This document shows positions 31,494-41,142 of a DNA stretch of 64,000 nt, piece after piece. The DNA lies in contig MFDN01000001.1 of the NCBI GenBank assembly GCA_001776935.1, forward strand, positions 101,449 to 165,448. Reading direction: 5' to 3'. Numbering within the stretch: position 1 is the stretch's first letter; every line of letters begins with the position of its first letter. The notes under the pieces are model-generated. The model searched no databases. It was not told the DNA's origin and worked only from the letters and a program-made list of their open reading frames with translations. The position numbers and the translations under genes are program-made. This DNA is from Candidatus Daviesbacteria bacterium RIFCSPLOWO2_01_FULL_39_23. Its GTDB lineage: Bacteria; Patescibacteriota; Microgenomatia; Daviesbacterales; UBA10151.

Positions 31494-32547
31494 TGTTACT
31501 CCCCTACATTCCGGCCATAGATTAAGAGGAATAGGATACTATACCCGCAACCTCCTGACTTATTTAAAAAGAGAAAAAGATTTAGAGGTCTTAGAATTTA
31601 CTAAATTATCGGAAATAAAAGGCGCTCAAATTATTCATTATCCCTGGTTTGATTTATTCTTTCATACTCTTCCAATTTTGAAACCTATTCCTACCATAAT
31701 TACAGTTCATGACACTATTCCGCTTGTATTTTCTAAACAATATCCGGTAGGAATTAGGGGGAAAGCTAACATGTATCTGCAAAAATTGGCTTTGAAAAAT
31801 TGCAAATTTATTATCACGGATTCTTTAAGCTCAAAAAAAGATATCCTAAAATATTTAAAATTCAAAGAGGAAAAAATTATAGCAATACCATTAGCAGCAG
31901 ATCCAAAATTTAGAATTTTGCAAGATCCCGTATTAATGCCTATAAGGAGAAAGTATAATTTGCCAGAGAAATTTATTATGTATGCGGGAGATGCCAACGC
32001 AATTAAAAATTTGCCTTTTTTGGTTGATGTTTTTAGGCAATTAATTTCGGAATCTGATTTTCAAGAGATTAAACTTGTTTTGGTTGGTGGAGTATTTTTG
32101 AAAAACGTTGAGAATATAAATCATCCGGAACTGGAGAGTTTGAAAATGCTTAATAGGAAGATTAGGGACTATGGCTTAGAAGACAAGATTATTAGGCCGG
32201 GCAATGTCGACGAGGATGAGTTAGTAGCCTTTTTTAACCTAGCTACTGTATATATTCAACCTTCCTTATATGAAGGATTTGGCTTGCCTGTTTTGCAAGC
32301 ATTTGCTTGTGGCGCTCCGGTAATTTCTTCAAACGGAGGAAGTCTGCCGGAAGTCGGCGGTCAGGCAGCTCTGTATTTTGATCTTAGTAATTTAAATCAA
32401 CTTAAGTCACTGCTTGTTGATGTGTTAGGAGATAAATCATTAAGGCATAAATTATCTGAACTTGGATTAAAGCAAGCTGGCAGATTTTCATGGGAGAAAA
32501 CAGTCAGACAAACAATAGAAGTATATCGTAGGGCTATTACTAAATAA
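31477..32547 (+). CDS. Glycosyltransferase family 4 (GT-B)
   Basis: EGFGLPVLQAFACGAPVISSNGGSLPEVGG. The start is taken at MKIGLNV. The ORF track begins at 31402, inside the upstream gene. Confidence 0.55.
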   Translation: MKIGLNVTPLHSGHRLRGIGYYTRNLLTYLKREKDLEVLEFTKLSEIKGAQIIHYPWFDLFFHTLPILKPIPTIITVHDTIPLVFSKQYPVGIRGKANMYLQKLALKNCKFIITDSLSSKKDILKYLKFKEEKIIAIPLAADPKFRILQDPVLMPIRRKYNLPEKFIMYAGDANAIKNLPFLVDVFRQLISESDFQEIKLVLVGGVFLKNVENINHPELESLKMLNRKIRDYGLEDKIIRPGNVDEDELVAFFNLATVYIQPSLYEGFGLPVLQAFACGAPVISSNGGSLPEVGGQAALYFDLSNLNQLKSLLVDVLGDKSLRHKLSELGLKQAGRFSWEKTVRQTIEVYRRAITK

Positions 32548-32549
32548 TA

Positions 32550-33728
32550 ATGTTTACTAAAATATCTATTCTATTTTTAGCCTGGATAGTAGGGTTGTTT
32601 GCTGTTTCATTTTTAGCAATTTATTTTCTACCAGAATTCGGAAACAGATTTCCTTATGCTGATCAGGTGCTTAGAGTAACGGGTTTGCCTTCTTTTGTGT
32701 GGGGGTTTGGTAATTTTGACGGGGTGCATTATTTAAGAATTGCCCAAAATGGTTATAATGCACAATACTCTCAAGCTTTTTTCCCCCTTTATCCTTTGCT
32801 GGTTAGATTTTTAACGGAGGTAAATTTACTTATACCTAAAAATCCGACAATTGATAGTAGAATATTTGTAGATCCAAGCTATTTTTATAATGGGTTGATA
32901 TTATCGAATATTTTTTTATTTTTAGCACTCATTGTTTTTTATAAATTATTAAAGCTGGACTTTAGTCCAAAAGTGGCTTATGGATCTTTAGTTTTACTTT
33001 TGTCGTTTCCCACAGCATATTATTTTAATTCCATTTATACGGAGTCTCTTTTTTTATTTTTGGTTTTAGGGTCACTTTATTGTGCAAGAAAAGATAATTT
33101 TTTACTAGCAGGGCTATTTGGAGGTTTAGCTTCCGCTACAAGAATTTTCGGTTTACTTTTGATTCCGGTTTTGTTGATTGAATTGTGGCTAAAATTTAAA
33201 AATAAAAGCTTGGAGATGGAAGAAATATCCAAAACGGTTATAGGTCTCCTTTTGGTTCCTTTTGGAACATTGCTTTATATGTTATTTTTACGCTTAAACT
33301 TTGAGAATCCACTATATTTTCTAACTTCCCAACCTCTTTTTGGGGCTGAAAGAACATCCGGTAGTCTTGTTTTTTTGCCGCAAGTGATTTATAGGTACTT
33401 AAAAATTTTTATGACAGTTCCCCCTACCACGCAATTATTTTTTAATGCTTTATTAGAATTTTCATTTACAGTTTTAGTTTTTGCATGTTTGTTGTTATTT
33501 ATAAAGAAAATTAGGCCCAGCTACCTTGTATTTGCTTTAGGATGCCTGATTATACCGACACTAACAGGGACATTTTCTTCAATGCCCAGATATTCCCTGA
33601 TGGGTTTTTTACTTTTGCCGCTTATAGTGCAAGCTTTAGGCAATTATTATAAAGTATTGGTGGTTTTTTTTGTGGCTATTGGTATAATCTTGGTAAGTTT
33701 ATTCACGCGAGGGTACTGGGTAGCATGA
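32550..33728 (+). CDS. Polytopic membrane protein, PIG-V/DUF2029-like GT-C mannosyltransferase candidate
   Basis: 392 aa and very hydrophobic. It contains YSQAFFPLYPLLVRFL, a motif I associate with PIG-V-type lipid-linked-sugar mannosyltransferases. Recognition is weak. Confidence 0.45.
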   Translation: MFTKISILFLAWIVGLFAVSFLAIYFLPEFGNRFPYADQVLRVTGLPSFVWGFGNFDGVHYLRIAQNGYNAQYSQAFFPLYPLLVRFLTEVNLLIPKNPTIDSRIFVDPSYFYNGLILSNIFLFLALIVFYKLLKLDFSPKVAYGSLVLLLSFPTAYYFNSIYTESLFLFLVLGSLYCARKDNFLLAGLFGGLASATRIFGLLLIPVLLIELWLKFKNKSLEMEEISKTVIGLLLVPFGTLLYMLFLRLNFENPLYFLTSQPLFGAERTSGSLVFLPQVIYRYLKIFMTVPPTTQLFFNALLEFSFTVLVFACLLLFIKKIRPSYLVFALGCLIIPTLTGTFSSMPRYSLMGFLLLPLIVQALGNYYKVLVVFFVAIGIILVSLFTRGYWVA

Positions 33729-34396
33729 AAATTTCAATTGTAATTCCTGCATATAACGAGGCAAAAAATATAGGGTTAGTCCTGGATTCCTTAAGAAGGG
33801 AAAAGTTCCCTATTGTAGTTGTGGATGATGGCTCTAAAGATAAAACATTCGATATTGCATCAAAATATGTAAGGACTTTGAGGGACTTAACTGTTTTAAG
33901 GCATAAAGTAAATTTAGGGAAAGGAGCTGCCTTAAAGACTGGATGCGAATCTGCCATCCTAAGTGGAGCAGAGGGTATTATTATTATGGATTCGGATGGA
34001 CAGCATCGGGTTGCGGATCTTCCAAAATTTATAGAAGTATTAAATGGTGGAAAATATGATATAGTTTTTGGCTCAAGGGATATAAACATGAACATGCCCT
34101 TAGTAAGGTTTATAGGCAATAAAGTAGCCTCGGCATTAATTTCTTTTCTTTTTGGGATTTATATCTCGGACCTTATTTGTGGTTTCCGGGCGTTTACCAA
34201 GACTGCGTACCGAAAGTTAAACTTAAAATCATCCAATTATGGAATAGAAACTGAGATGGTTGCTAAGGTAGGAAAGCTCCGCCTAAAGCATTGTGAAATA
34301 CCAGTGGAGACTGTATACTATGATAAATTCAAAGGTGTTACCATTCTGGATGCTTTAGGAATTCTCTTTGATGTATTCATTTGGAAAATAAGGTAA
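33725..34396 (+). CDS. Polyprenyl-phosphate sugar synthase-like GT2 (GtrB/DPM1-like)
   Basis: MKISIVIPAYNEAKNIGLVLDSL...VVVDDGSKDKTFDIA...GKGAALKTG...IIIMDSDGQHR. ATGA overlap with the upstream gene. Confidence 0.6.
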   Translation: MKISIVIPAYNEAKNIGLVLDSLRREKFPIVVVDDGSKDKTFDIASKYVRTLRDLTVLRHKVNLGKGAALKTGCESAILSGAEGIIIMDSDGQHRVADLPKFIEVLNGGKYDIVFGSRDINMNMPLVRFIGNKVASALISFLFGIYISDLICGFRAFTKTAYRKLNLKSSNYGIETEMVAKVGKLRLKHCEIPVETVYYDKFKGVTILDALGILFDVFIWKIR

Positions 34397-34403
34397 TTTA
34401 AAT

Positions 34404-34736
34404 ATGATAATTGGCTTGCAACTTGTAGCAATAGTATTTGCATTAATAATGATTTATTTTGCCTATCTTCACTATAGTAGGGGTGAGCTAAATGGAGTAG
34501 AGGTATTGTCATGGTTAATTATTTGGCTTAGCGCGATTATAATCGTAGTTTTTCCCGATTTACTTCGGACTTTTGCGCAAACTTTTGCTATTTCCCGGCT
34601 GTTTGACTTAATGATAGTAGGCGGATTTATAGTTGTCATTCCCATGATCTATATATCTTATGTAAGGACGAAAAGGCTTGAGAAGAAATTAGAAGACTAT
34701 ATTAGGAAAGAAACTTTAAAACAAACTAAAAAATAG
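34404..34736 (+). CDS. DUF2304-family small membrane protein (GtrA-like accessory of GT2 lipid-sugar synthases)
   Basis: 110 aa. YSRGELNGVEVLSWLIIWL...VFPDLLRTFAQTFAISRLFDLMIVGGF...ISYVRTKRLEKKLEDY matches the DUF2304 pattern as I recall it. It lies directly downstream of the GtrB-like gene. Confidence 0.55.
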   Translation: MIIGLQLVAIVFALIMIYFAYLHYSRGELNGVEVLSWLIIWLSAIIIVVFPDLLRTFAQTFAISRLFDLMIVGGFIVVIPMIYISYVRTKRLEKKLEDYIRKETLKQTKK

Positions 34737-34741
34737 TCAGT

Positions 34742-35575
34742 ATGGTAAATGATCTCCCCAGAATATCTATAGTGATGCCTTGTTTGAATTGTGTTGACTA
34801 TATCGAAAGATCGATTAGGTCTTGCGTGGAACAAGATTATCAAAACATAGAACTTTTTATTAAAGATGGAGGTTCAACAGACGGAACCGTTGATGTAATT
34901 AAATTTTATGCACAAAAATACCCTAAAATTATAAAATGGATTTCGGTAAAAGATAAAGGACAGTCTGATGCCATTAATTTCGGAATGAAAAAGGTCAGCG
35001 GAGAAATCTGTACTTATTTGAATGCAGATGATGTATATAAAAAAGGCGCTTTGAAACAAGTAGCAGAATATTTTTATCAGCATCCAAATGTTTTCTGGTT
35101 GTACGGAAAGGCTGATATTATCGATGCAGAAGATAAGACGATTAGAAAGTGGGTAACTTTGTATAAGAATTTTTGGCTCAAAAATTATTCCTATACTAAT
35201 CTTTTGGTTTTAAATTATATTTCGCAAATGGCTTGTTTCTGGAGGAAAGAAGCGGCAAAGGAAGTGGGGAAATTTGATAGAGACGAACATTATGTGATGG
35301 ATTATGATTATTGGTTGAGACTGGGACAAAAATTTAAAGCAGGTGTTTTAGATTTGTATCTTGCAAGTTTCAGAATAGTGCCGACAGCTAAGAGTGCGAC
35401 AGGGTTTATTAATCAATTTCAAGACGAATATGAAGTAGCTAAGAAATATACAAGAAACAGCGTAATTATTTTTCTGCATAATTTGCATTATAAACTTATT
35501 ATCTTTATCTATTATATTCTGAAAGTTCTACAAAATTTTTCCTCCAAAGGATTTAATGAAAAAATCAATCAGTAA
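34742..35575 (+). CDS. Glycosyltransferase family 2
   Basis: ISIVMPCLNCVDYIERSIRSCVEQDYQNIELFIKDGGSTDGT. Confidence 0.6.
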   Translation: MVNDLPRISIVMPCLNCVDYIERSIRSCVEQDYQNIELFIKDGGSTDGTVDVIKFYAQKYPKIIKWISVKDKGQSDAINFGMKKVSGEICTYLNADDVYKKGALKQVAEYFYQHPNVFWLYGKADIIDAEDKTIRKWVTLYKNFWLKNYSYTNLLVLNYISQMACFWRKEAAKEVGKFDRDEHYVMDYDYWLRLGQKFKAGVLDLYLASFRIVPTAKSATGFINQFQDEYEVAKKYTRNSVIIFLHNLHYKLIIFIYYILKVLQNFSSKGFNEKINQ

Positions 35576-36529
<954 letters not shown>

Positions 36530-37264
36530 ATGAAGCATAAACAAAGAAGGTTTTTGCATAAAGGAAATTTTATTTCTTTGATAATTCCGGTTCTAAATGA
36601 GGAAAAAACTTTAGCAACCATTATAGATAAGTGTTCTACTCAGTCGGTGGTTAAGCAGTTAGTTATAGTAAATGACGGATCGACAGACGATACCCGTAGA
36701 ATATTAAATAAGATTAGTAAAAAAAGCAGTTCAAGACTCATTATTACAATATTGCATCATGATAATAACTTAGGGAAAGGTGCAGCAATAAAAACCGGAT
36801 TAGGCAAGGCGACAGGTAAATATGTGATGGTGCAGGATGCTGATTTGGAATATTCACCTGATGAAATCAAGCATTTATATAATAAGGCTGAAGAAACGGA
36901 AAGCGGGATAGTCTTTGGTACAAGATCGAATCATAAAAAAAAGGGGTATTTACTTGCTCAGCTGGGAAATTGGTATTTAAATTTGATGTTTAATTTTTTG
37001 TTTGGATATCATTTAACGGATAGCTATACCTGTTACAAATTAATACCCAGAACGATTTGGGAAAAGATGAAGCTGAGGTCAAATGGATTTGAAATTGATG
37101 CTGAGTTAATTGCAAAATTAGGTATATGGGGATACAAGATTACGGAGATTCCAATTTCGTATTTCCCCCGTAAATATTCTGAGGGTAAAAAAATTAAATG
37201 GTTAGATCTTTTTAAAGCAACAGGAGCCGCAATAAAAGTACGCCTTTTAGGAAGCAGTATCTAA
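36530..37264 (+). CDS. Polyprenyl-phosphate mannose/glucose synthase-like GT2 (DPM1/Ppm1-like, soluble)
   Basis: ISLIIPVLNEEKTL...VIVNDGSTDDT...LGKGAAIKTG...VQDADLEYSPDE. Confidence 0.6.
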   Translation: MKHKQRRFLHKGNFISLIIPVLNEEKTLATIIDKCSTQSVVKQLVIVNDGSTDDTRRILNKISKKSSSRLIITILHHDNNLGKGAAIKTGLGKATGKYVMVQDADLEYSPDEIKHLYNKAEETESGIVFGTRSNHKKKGYLLAQLGNWYLNLMFNFLFGYHLTDSYTCYKLIPRTIWEKMKLRSNGFEIDAELIAKLGIWGYKITEIPISYFPRKYSEGKKIKWLDLFKATGAAIKVRLLGSSI

Positions 37265-38197
37265 TCCTATCCAGGCGCCACCACCAAGAACAGATTTTTC
37301 TATGGCTGAAAGAACTTTTACTATCAAAACGCCTGTATTCATATCGGAAGTGATTTTTTGAAGCCCACGGATGGCCATAACAAATTCTAATAATTGTGCT
37401 GTTAGAGCAGCACCTTTTTCGTACTTGGGATATTGAGGTGGTTGGTTTAATTTATAATATGTTATTTTCTGATTAGAAATATTTGTATCGTCAAATTCTA
37501 TCTTTTCGTCTGTTCCTTCTATAGTAAGCTTTCGAATTTTATGAGTTCCGAACCAGCTGATATTTATTACAGCTTCAAGGTTATTTGCAAAAAGCATTTT
37601 AAATTTTACTGTATCATATAAATTATTTCTAGACTGATTAATTGAACCGACGGCTTTAACTTTTATAATTTGGGATTTTACTAAATCTAAAATTATGGAT
37701 ACCGGATGAGGGCCCCAGTCCCAGATAACGGAGGCGTCCTTACGGATGGGACTACATACACCCTCAAAATTTATTGATTTAACACTTTTAATTTTTTTGA
37801 ATAATGTTTTAACTCTACGATAGGCAGGATTATATAGATAAAGATGACCGGTTAATACTTTAGGTTTTGTTATTTTCCAGATTCTTTGCAACTGAAGGGC
37901 TCGGTCATAATTTGCAGTTAAGGGTTTTTCTATTAATAAATTATGGTTTAAAGCCAAAAGTTTTTTTGCTATATCAAAATGGGTAGAAATGGGCGTTGCA
38001 ATAATGAATCCATCAATATCCTTATTTTTTAACAGATCATTAATTGTTAAAGTTTTAATGTATGAATTTGGTAAGGAGTCAAGTGATTTTTGAGTTTGAG
38101 AGCAGATATATTTGATTTCAATATCTTTAATATTCTTAGCAGTGTGAAGATAATTCCGACCCCACTTACCTGTGCCGATAAGCGCTAAAGTAATCAC
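37247..38197 (-). CDS. Gfo/Idh/MocA-family NAD(P)-dependent sugar oxidoreductase
   Basis: A Rossmann N-terminus (M/V)ITLALIGTGKWG starts at a GTG. The ORF track extends 50 codons further upstream (to 38347), through a GC-rich hairpin-rich stretch, and I interpret that extension as non-coding. Confidence 0.55.
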   Translation of the reverse strand: MITLALIGTGKWGRNYLHTAKNIKDIEIKYICSQTQKSLDSLPNSYIKTLTINDLLKNKDIDGFIIATPISTHFDIAKKLLALNHNLLIEKPLTANYDRALQLQRIWKITKPKVLTGHLYLYNPAYRRVKTLFKKIKSVKSINFEGVCSPIRKDASVIWDWGPHPVSIILDLVKSQIIKVKAVGSINQSRNNLYDTVKFKMLFANNLEAVINISWFGTHKIRKLTIEGTDEKIEFDDTNISNQKITYYKLNQPPQYPKYEKGAALTAQLLEFVMAIRGLQKITSDMNTGVLIVKVLSAIEKSVLGGGAWIGLDTAS

Positions 38198-38336
38198 CCT
38201 ATAACCGCTTCGCCAAACATAAGCACTCTTAGTGCGGGGATGAAGGCGAAGCAAGGTTACAGTCTTCCGCGGCATGAGATGCGAAGCGGATGTAAACTTA
38301 GAATCAAGAAAACCACGGCTTAAAAGCCGCGGAAGT
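38198..38336 (-). promoter_or_regulatory. GC-rich structured RNA element (candidate attenuator / riboswitch-like leader or small RNA) between two sugar-modification genes
   Basis: About half G+C, against roughly one third in the flanks. Perfect complementary pairs: 38326-38335 with 38264-38273 (10 bp); and 38205-38214 with either 38281-38289 (9 bp) or 38245-38252 (8 bp), which are mutually exclusive. The terminator sits at the 5' end. Confidence 0.4.
38305..38332 (-). terminator. Intrinsic (rho-independent) terminator directly after the 38337..39395 gene
   Basis: On the minus-strand RNA, CCGCGGC-UUUUAA-GCCGUGG forms a 7-bp stem followed by UUUUCUU. Confidence 0.5.
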
Positions 38337-39395
38337 TTATAGCCCATAGGTTTGCCTAAACCAGTTAATAGTTTGCTTGAGGCCTGTTATAAGATCTACT
38401 TTTGGTGCATAATTCAACTGATTTTTTATTTTTGTTAAATCAGGGCATCGCCTTTGCGGTTCCCCGGCTGGATAATTTGGCGGATAATTTTTTCTTCGGG
38501 GTTTAACACCATTGCCTAATATTTCAGCTATGGTTTGTGCCAACTCAAACATTCCTATTTCCGGTTTGTCATTGCCGATATTGTAGGCTTCGCCTTTTTT
38601 TCCGGTGATCAATACTTTAAAGATAGCTGTAATTGCATCCGATATATAACAAAAAGTTCTTGTTTGAACACCTTTATCGTGTACTGGTAAATCTTTGCCC
38701 CGTAAGCCATTATAAATAAATGTTGGTACCACCCGGTAATCGATATGCTTCATGCCAGGGCCATAGATATTAAACGGTCTGACTATTTTTATAGGAACTT
38801 TGTAAATTTGATGGTATGTTACGCATAAGGTTTCTGCAAGTCTTTTGGATTCATCGTAGCAAGCTCTTGGTCCAACGCTTGAAACGTGTCCGGCATATGT
38901 TTCCGGAGTGGGAACAAATTCGGGATGAGGATCTCCGTAAATTTCACTTGAAGAAAAAAATAAAAAACTCTCCGGTTTGGTAACCCGCGCCAATTCTAAA
39001 AGATTTTTGGCTCCAAGGATTGCACTTTCGATTGTTTCTAAGGGATATTTTTTATAATAATAGGGGGAAGCTAAGCCTGCCGCGTGAATTATATAATCAA
39101 CTTTTTCATTTGTAATGACTGGAAGTCTGATGTCTCCATCCAGAAATTGGAAATTTTTATCCTTAATATTTAACAGGAAGTTTTTCTTGGAACCTGTGAT
39201 ATAGTTATCAATTGAAATTACCTTGCATTTATTTTTAAAGACTTTTTTGTTCAGAAGATATAAAACTGCATTAACATAAGAGCCTATAAACCCGGATCCT
39301 CCTGATATCAAAATTATTTTTCCTTCCAAAGCGGTTGCCTCCTGTTTGATATCGTTGACAATCGTATTTAGGATTCGAGAAGTTATTTTGGACAT
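38337..39395 (-). CDS. UDP-glucuronate decarboxylase (UXS/ArnA-C-like) short-chain dehydrogenase/reductase (SDR)
   Basis: ILISGGSGFIGSYV, SSSEIYGDP, ACYDESKRLAETLC, and RPFNIYGPGM. Confidence 0.65.
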   Translation of the reverse strand: MSKITSRILNTIVNDIKQEATALEGKIILISGGSGFIGSYVNAVLYLLNKKVFKNKCKVISIDNYITGSKKNFLLNIKDKNFQFLDGDIRLPVITNEKVDYIIHAAGLASPYYYKKYPLETIESAILGAKNLLELARVTKPESFLFFSSSEIYGDPHPEFVPTPETYAGHVSSVGPRACYDESKRLAETLCVTYHQIYKVPIKIVRPFNIYGPGMKHIDYRVVPTFIYNGLRGKDLPVHDKGVQTRTFCYISDAITAIFKVLITGKKGEAYNIGNDKPEIGMFELAQTIAEILGNGVKPRRKNYPPNYPAGEPQRRCPDLTKIKNQLNYAPKVDLITGLKQTINWFRQTYGL

Positions 39396-40649
39396 TTATA
39401 CTATTGTTGCTTCGGGGACAGGTATTATAAAATGACCACCGCCTTTTTTATAATCGGATAATTTATTGATGAGAGGAGTTGCAAAATTCCACGCTAAAAT
39501 AAAAATATAATCCGGCCTAGTTTCGGCAATTTTGCTGAACGGAACTACAGGGATATGTGTGCCTGGTGTATATAGCCCCTGTTTATATTCGCTGTCGTCC
39601 ACTATGTAATCTAAAATATTGGGCCCAATTTTATAATAATTAAGTAGAGTATTTCCTTTTGCCGGTGCGCCATATCCTGCAATAGTTTTATTCTTCTTTC
39701 TCAAATCTGTCAGAATCTTGATTAGTTTTCTTTTATTTTTTTCGATTTTGCTTGCAAATTTGTTGTATGTTTTAATATCATCCAGTTTTAATTTTTTCTC
39801 AAGCGCTATAAATTCAAAAACGGCTTTTTGAACTTTAAATTTTGCAGGATTTTTTTTGACATATACTCTTAAAGAACCGCCATGAGTGTTAACTTTTTTA
39901 GCGTCAAAAATTTCCATTTCGTGTCTTTTGAAAAGTGCTATCAGAGGACGAAGTGATAAGTAAGATAAATGTTCGTGGTAGATTGTGTCGAATAAATTTT
40001 TTTCTATAAAATCAACAAGGTAAGGGAACTCAATTACAAAAACTCCGGTTTCTTTAATAAGCGTTTTAACTGATTTCACTATTTCGTCTAAATCATTAAT
40101 ATGGGCAAATACATTATTTGCCGTAACAACATCGGCATAACCAAATCTTTTAATAATTTCTTTTGCAAGTTTTAAATTTAAATAGCGCGGTAGAGTTTTA
40201 ATGCCGTTTTTAGTTGCTTCTTTTGCTATTTTTACTGCCGGGTCTACGCCCAGTACTTTGATACCATTTTTTTTTAAAGGTTTTAGCAAAATTCCGTCAT
40301 TACTGCCAATGTCGATTACGTGCGAATTTTTATTTAGTTTAAATCTTTTGATTAGGTCGTTTGCATATTCTTCAAAGTGCGCTATAAAAACTGATGACGT
40401 TGATGAAACGTAAACATAATTTCTAAAAAGTAGCCAGGGAGATACGACATGGGTTAGTTGCAATTGACCGCAATCTAAACAAAAATTGACCTGCAGTGGA
40501 AAAAATTTTTCCTTTGTTTTTAAATCTTTTTTTGCTATGAATGCATTGGCAGGAGGAGTGGGCGATAAGGAAACCACTCTTTCTAAATTTTTACCCTCAC
40601 ACATCCGGCAGGACTTCAATTGAAACACTAAAGGGTTAGTGTTTTTCAT
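39396..40649 (-). CDS. Sugar C-methyltransferase (class I SAM MTase with N-terminal Zn-ribbon; TylC3/C-methyltransferase family)
   Basis: CRMCEGKNL...CLDCGQLQL zinc ribbon, the SAM-binding motif VIDIGSNDG, and a C-terminal C-methyltransferase-type domain. Confidence 0.65.
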   Translation of the reverse strand: MKNTNPLVFQLKSCRMCEGKNLERVVSLSPTPPANAFIAKKDLKTKEKFFPLQVNFCLDCGQLQLTHVVSPWLLFRNYVYVSSTSSVFIAHFEEYANDLIKRFKLNKNSHVIDIGSNDGILLKPLKKNGIKVLGVDPAVKIAKEATKNGIKTLPRYLNLKLAKEIIKRFGYADVVTANNVFAHINDLDEIVKSVKTLIKETGVFVIEFPYLVDFIEKNLFDTIYHEHLSYLSLRPLIALFKRHEMEIFDAKKVNTHGGSLRVYVKKNPAKFKVQKAVFEFIALEKKLKLDDIKTYNKFASKIEKNKRKLIKILTDLRKKNKTIAGYGAPAKGNTLLNYYKIGPNILDYIVDDSEYKQGLYTPGTHIPVVPFSKIAETRPDYIFILAWNFATPLINKLSDYKKGGGHFIIPVPEATIV

Positions 40650-41052
40650 CTGAGGTAATTTTAATTCTTACAGTATCACCCTCGTATTGTTCTTGTTGTC
40701 GTGGTTCGGTGGTAATGGCTAGAAAAACAGTATCCTCCAAAAATTCCATGGAGTGAGCAATCATTGGCCGGGATAAAACTAAATCCCCTGGTTTTAAAAT
40801 TACCGATTCCACAGTTGAATTTTTCTTAGTCATATCTTTTTCTGAGTATCTGAATCTGCCGCTTACACAAAAAACATAATGGGAGTCTTTTTTATGATAA
40901 TGATTACCTCTTTCTGTACCAGTTTTGCTGGTGATATATAGCACTGCCCTGAATTTTGTTTTATCAGAAACATTAGGTAAACGGGTGATATATCCTCTTT
41001 CGTCTATAAATTCCGGCTTTACATGAGTTACTTTAATTGACATATAATACAA
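40636..41052 (-). CDS. FdtA/QdtA-like NDP-4-keto-6-deoxyhexose 3,4-ketoisomerase (small cupin)
   Basis: FIDERGYITRL...ERGNHYHKKDSHYVFCVSGRF closely parallels the FdtA motif RGFHAHKKLEQ..VC..GS. Confidence 0.55.
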   Translation of the reverse strand: MYYMSIKVTHVKPEFIDERGYITRLPNVSDKTKFRAVLYITSKTGTERGNHYHKKDSHYVFCVSGRFRYSEKDMTKKNSTVESVILKPGDLVLSRPMIAHSMEFLEDTVFLAITTEPRQQEQYEGDTVRIKITSDEKH

Positions 41053-41057
41053 TGCTT

Positions 41058-41086
41058 AATATATAGAGGATTAGATTGATTGTCAA
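41058..41086 (-). promoter_or_regulatory. Candidate sigma70-like promoter for the minus-strand operon starting at 41052
   Basis: On the minus strand, TTGACA-N17-TATATT lies about 14 nt upstream of the ATG. Confidence 0.35.
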
Positions 41087-41108
41087 GATGATATAGATTT
41101 TATATATT
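41080..41108 (+). promoter_or_regulatory. Candidate sigma70-like promoter for the 41143 gene; its -35 overlaps the divergent promoter's -35
   Basis: TTGTCA-N17-TATATT on the plus strand. The TTGTCAA/TTGACAA hexamers of the two promoters are the same base pairs. Confidence 0.35.
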
Positions 41109-41142
41109 CATTTAAGAGAGTCTTATTATATAATTTAGACTG

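Noticed and set aside
33661-33675. Homopolymeric T8-T9 and A8 tracts inside coding sequences (for example 1597-1604, 6895-6902, 7201-7208, 29421-29429 and 33664-33672) as phase-variation switches
   Set aside because: In a genome of about one third G+C these tracts are expected by composition, encode F/K-rich membrane segments, and are not positioned near the 5' ends of genes.
38198-38336. Possible tRNA or other canonical RNA gene in the GC-rich element
   Set aside because: There is no T-loop (GTTCRANYC) or anticodon-arm pattern, and no match I can recall to the TPP, preQ1, fluoride, ZTP or SAM riboswitch cores. It is kept only as an unclassified structured element.
38198-38347. ORF-track N-terminal extension of 50 codons (MGYKLPRLLSRGFLDSKFTSASHLMPRKTVTLLRLHPRTKSAYVWRSGYR) on the Gfo/Idh/MocA gene
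   Set aside because: The extension is R/K/S/L-rich and low in complexity. It is encoded by a GC-rich hairpin-dense stretch that also contains a terminator, and the Rossmann motif starts exactly at an in-frame GTG (38197). I treat it as non-coding and keep the alternative as a note.
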